The notes under the pieces were generated by a model that saw nothing but the letters and a program-made list of their open reading frames with translations, ran no database searches and had not been told where the DNA came from. Shown here piece after piece: positions 60,618 to 64,000 of a stretch of DNA of 64,000 bases (position 1 is its first letter; each line of letters opens with the position of its first letter). This DNA is from Candidatus Poribacteria bacterium (lineage in GTDB: Bacteria > Poribacteria > WGA-4E > WGA-3G): positions 352,001-416,000 of the forward strand of contig CAXXLX010000001.1 in the NCBI GenBank assembly GCA_963665235.2. Reading direction: 5' to 3'. A program made the translations under genes and the position numbers.

Positions 60618-61081
60618 TCATCAACATCTTCATAAAAATCGGTTTCCGGTAAGTACTCTTTTTCGTCAATTTCTTCCTCTTCATACGCTGCATACTCATC
60701 TATATCCAAAAGAGAGTTGAGTTCAGAGAGGTTGTCAATATGGATTTTGCAAATCCAGCCGTCCCCCTCTGGCAAACGGTTGATGAGTTCAATATCATCT
60801 TCAAGTGCCGCATTAATTTGGTGAATTTCACCAGCGACGGGGGCATAGAGGTAGAAATTTCCGCCGGATTCGGTCTCAATTCTACCAATAATTTCGGCTT
60901 GCTCACATTCTTGTAAGGGTGAAATATCGACAAAAACAATTTGACCGTACATGAGCTGTGCGCGTTCTGTGATGCCGATTGTTCCTTCTGTGATGCCGGT
61001 TGCTTCTTCTGTCTCATCAACCTCAATCCATTCGTGTGTAGTTGTATATTTCACCGTGCTCAATGCGCATTCCTCCAACAA
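60611..61081 (-). CDS. Glycine cleavage H-like protein lacking the lipoyl lysine
   Basis: YT.THEW, IGIT..AQ..G.IVFV, LYAPVAGE, IN..PEGDGW; ETESGG where ESVK is expected. Confidence 0.85.
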   Translation of the reverse strand: MLEECALSTVKYTTTHEWIEVDETEEATGITEGTIGITERAQLMYGQIVFVDISPLQECEQAEIIGRIETESGGNFYLYAPVAGEIHQINAALEDDIELINRLPEGDGWICKIHIDNLSELNSLLDIDEYAAYEEEEIDEKEYLPETDFYEDVDDY

Positions 61082-61192
61082 GTTAAAAACTTTAATGTGA
61101 ATGTCCCTTTTAAGCGTGTAGCTATTGGTTATTAACTATTAGGTGTCCTTACAAACATAGCGGTGCCCTAACAAGGCACGCTGCTTAGTGTT

Positions 61193-62377
61193 TCAAAAAT
61201 CCTGCCCGACTGAGAAGGTATACACAGCAGCACCTTGGACGACGTGGATACGTTCATCTGCTGCCAAAGTAGGTTGGAATCGCGGGATGTATGCCGTATT
61301 CAACGTTAGATTTCCAAGCCGGAAACCGAGCCCGAAGGATATGCCCTCCGCTTTCCATACCCGCTCCGTTATTTCAATTGTATCATGTTCCAGCAGCAGT
61401 ACCGAAGCATAACGTTTTTCAGTGTCCCGAAGATACCCGATTCTTACGCCAATACGTTCATGATACCATGCTTCAACACCGAGGTTGGCTCGGATACCAT
61501 CGCGGAAGGGGGGATGTACGTCTAACCCGATACGTAACGCTACGTTGGAAATTTTGCGGTGATAGGTGATACCTACAGCAATATCGGGATGCAGTGTGTC
61601 CGGGATAGCCGTGTCGAAAAACGACAACCCGTTGCTCAAATTTCGCGCAACAATACCAATCTGAATTCGCTTATTAAGACGTTGGATGATGCCGACGTTG
61701 TACGCATAACCGTAACCCACATGCTCGGTGCGCGTAGTATCAGTGACCTTAGACCGTAGCCATCTTGCATCAAATCCAACAACGGTGCTATCGAACAAAT
61801 TCAACCCGTAACCGAAACCGATAGCTAGGTTATTTTGTGGAAAGTTGTTGAGGGCTTTGCCGAGATGATTGACGCGGCGAAAAGGGCCCGTTTGTGCAAA
61901 GGAGAAAGCGATTCCAAACGTGCCGAATTTACCCATAGGGACCGCCCAATTCAACGTTTCAATTCCAGATTCCTGCTGTTCATACCGCTGATAATCCTCA
62001 TAGTTCGCATCAAAGTTTTGTTTGGACACCAGGGCGATAGTGTGTGGGAAGCGGGTGGTGTGAATGATAAAACGGGTCCCGCCTGCAAGACTGATGCCAG
62101 CAGGATTGCTACCGAGAGCGTTCGCCCCCCGGGTGGCACTAACAAAACTGCCCCCCATGCCGTGCTGCTCAGCCCCGACTAACTGTTTGAGAAACCTGTC
62201 CGCTGCCGCTGCTGGTGTCGATGCTGCGGCAAACCCATGATATAGGAAAAAACAGAATAGGGACGCAAGCTGCAAAATCAACAAAGAGAGTTGCGAACGG
62301 CGCAGCATTGCTAACCGATTGTGCAAATATCTCAATTCTTTTCCTCTTGTTGTTACAGACATTCGTGAGGTGAACAT
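61193..62377 (-). CDS. Outer-membrane beta-barrel, PorV/FadL-like
   Basis: GMGG.FV...GANALGSNPAGI plug motif; alternating beta strands; C-terminal Phe. Confidence 0.7.
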   Translation of the reverse strand: MFTSRMSVTTRGKELRYLHNRLAMLRRSQLSLLILQLASLFCFFLYHGFAAASTPAAAADRFLKQLVGAEQHGMGGSFVSATRGANALGSNPAGISLAGGTRFIIHTTRFPHTIALVSKQNFDANYEDYQRYEQQESGIETLNWAVPMGKFGTFGIAFSFAQTGPFRRVNHLGKALNNFPQNNLAIGFGYGLNLFDSTVVGFDARWLRSKVTDTTRTEHVGYGYAYNVGIIQRLNKRIQIGIVARNLSNGLSFFDTAIPDTLHPDIAVGITYHRKISNVALRIGLDVHPPFRDGIRANLGVEAWYHERIGVRIGYLRDTEKRYASVLLLEHDTIEITERVWKAEGISFGLGFRLGNLTLNTAYIPRFQPTLAADERIHVVQGAAVYTFSVGQDF

Positions 62378-62387
62378 CTATCAAAAA

Positions 62388-62780
62388 CTAAGCAGTGCAA
62401 AGCGTAACTTGTGCAACAGCATAATCAACAGCGTGCGATAAACTGACGAAGGAGGTGACAATGCCTAATTCAGCGGCGTAACGTTTAACTTCTCCGTGCA
62501 AAACAAGTATAGGTTTGCCAGCAACGTTCGCTCGAATTTCTACATCCTGCCACGACATGCCTGCTATTAAGCCGGTGCCGAGTGCCTTGAGTGTTGCCTC
62601 TTTCGCAGCAAAGCGGGTGGCGAGCCGGGCATATCGTATCGGTGTCTCACCACAATAGGCGCGTTCATAGGGTGTATAGACCCGCTGCTCAAACCGAGCC
62701 CCCCATTGAAGAGAGATACGCCGGATACGTTCTATCTCAATAATATCAATACCAATTCCTTGAATGTGTTGTTGAGACAT
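62388..62780 (-). CDS. acpS: Holo-[ACP] synthase
   Basis: GIGIDI, RFAAKEA..KALGTG, SLSH. Confidence 0.96.
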   Translation of the reverse strand: MSQQHIQGIGIDIIEIERIRRISLQWGARFEQRVYTPYERAYCGETPIRYARLATRFAAKEATLKALGTGLIAGMSWQDVEIRANVAGKPILVLHGEVKRYAAELGIVTSFVSLSHAVDYAVAQVTLCTA

Positions 62781-62804
62781 CAGTTTCTTTAAATCGTTTT
62801 CCGC

Positions 62805-63632
62805 TTACCGGTAAAGGACATCGGTCATTTTTGCAGCGCGGGCGGTCGCCTGTACATCATGGACGCGGACAATATCTGCCCCATGCGCGATTGCCCAACA
62901 CACTGTTGCCACAGTCCCTTCAACCCGCTCCGCTATAGGGAGGTTTAGCACGTTGCCGATAAAGGATTTCCGGGACGTACCAATTAATAACGGTGTGTCT
63001 AAACGTTTGAATATGTCAAGGTGCCTTAGAATCTCTAGATTGTGTTCTGTTGTTTTGCCGAACCCGATGCCGGGGTCAACGATTATTTTGTCCGGGGCGA
63101 TGCCGTGTTGCGTTGCGGCGCGGATACGTTCTGCTAATGTGTCGTAAATCTCTTTGATGGTATTGTCATAATGTGGGGCGCGCTGCATTGTGCGCGGTGT
63201 CCCCTTTATATGCATGAGAATGATACCGGCATCCATTTCCGCAGCGACGTGTGCCATGGCGGTATCCCCCTGGAGGGCTGTGATGTCGTTGATGATGTGT
63301 GCACCCGCTTCAAGGGTGCGTTGTGCCACCACTGCTTTCGTGGTATCAATAGAGAGCAGTGCATCAATTCCTTCGGATGCAAGGGCACGGATAACAGGTA
63401 ACACGCGCTCCAATTCTTCATCAACGGACACAGGCATTGCCCCCGGGCGAGACGATTCTCCACCGATATCGATTAGCGTCGCGCCTTCGGCTACCATCTC
63501 CTTCGCGTGCGTTACCGCGGCTTCAACAGTGAGGTATGCCCCGCCATCTGAAAAGGAATCCGGTGTGACGTTCAAGATTCCCATAATATGGGTGCATTCC
63601 CCGAAATTGAGCGATTTCCCCCGGCAGTTCAT
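62805..63632 (-). CDS. folP: Dihydropteroate synthase
   Basis: MGILNVTPDSFSDGG, GGESSRPG, DPGIGFGK, SRKSF, RVHDV. Confidence 0.97.
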   Translation of the reverse strand: MNCRGKSLNFGECTHIMGILNVTPDSFSDGGAYLTVEAAVTHAKEMVAEGATLIDIGGESSRPGAMPVSVDEELERVLPVIRALASEGIDALLSIDTTKAVVAQRTLEAGAHIINDITALQGDTAMAHVAAEMDAGIILMHIKGTPRTMQRAPHYDNTIKEIYDTLAERIRAATQHGIAPDKIIVDPGIGFGKTTEHNLEILRHLDIFKRLDTPLLIGTSRKSFIGNVLNLPIAERVEGTVATVCWAIAHGADIVRVHDVQATARAAKMTDVLYR

Positions 63633-64000
63633 GCGAAAGATTTGGCGGGCGGCTGCGGCCGCGGGCCGAGAATTTCTTCAATTTCTTCGGTGATGAGTGT
63701 TTCACGCTCCAACAGCGCATCGGCAAGTTTCTTCAACCCATCAAGGTTCGTCTCTAAAATCTCCTTCGCCCTTTGATAACACTCCATCACAATATCGTGA
63801 ACAGCCTTATCAATTGCAATGGCAGTTTGTTCACTGTAATCTTTATGAACAGCCAGCTCCTTGCCGAGGAAGACCTGTTCATCCCTGCGGCCGTAGGTTA
63901 AGGGCCCCATCGGGCTCATCCCCCACTGCGTGACCATTCTTCGGGCGAGGTTTGTTGCCTGTTCGAAATCGTTTTGCGCGCCAGTTGTCTGTTCACCGAA
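63629..64000 (-). CDS. ftsH: FtsH zinc metalloprotease, C-terminal part only
   Basis: TTGAQNDFEQAT.LARRMVTQWGMS, YSEQTA, LLERETL; upstream of folP. Confidence 0.93.
   Translation of the reverse strand, partial: FGEQTTGAQNDFEQATNLARRMVTQWGMSPMGPLTYGRRDEQVFLGKELAVHKDYSEQTAIAIDKAVHDIVMECYQRAKEILETNLDGLKKLADALLERETLITEEIEEILGPRPQPPAKSFA

Noticed and set aside
42876-61081. Macrodomain plus GcvH-L ADP-ribosylation (SirTM-type) system
   Set aside because: The genes are about 17 kb apart, no sirtuin or lipoate ligase is present, and the H-like protein lacks the lipoyl Lys.

Overview
Bacterial chromosomal window of about 50% GC. Gene content suggests Candidatus Poribacteria or a similar sponge-associated lineage (inference from sulfatase, LamG, TPR/ankyrin/WD40 proteins and secreted proteins ending in a KxTxxWxx(L/I)K motif). 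The housekeeping backbone is folB, moaDE, serS, tig-clpP-clpX-lon-pdxA, nfo, obgE-proBA, mqnD, acpS-folP-ftsH and 9 tRNAs. The accessory material of most interest is: (1) a possible T9SS-like export/anchoring system, with a 2142-aa C25/PorU-like peptidase, a PorV-like barrel and three secreted proteins sharing a short C-terminal motif; (2) a Rieske-ankyrin-Rieske-PolX-HhH operon beside a non-canonical SHMT-like enzyme; (3) nested repeats in which two MITE families, with 7-bp and 3-bp target duplications, carry the same GTAG-REP-like hairpin, amplified to 4- and 11-unit arrays; (4) two candidate structured RNAs, one with a possible pseudoknot; (5) a broken tnpB abutting a tRNA cluster, a frameshifted ECF sigma cassette and a GcvH-like protein with no lipoyl lysine. 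No CRISPR array or cas gene is supported. Family assignments come from motif recognition by eye; no searches were run.
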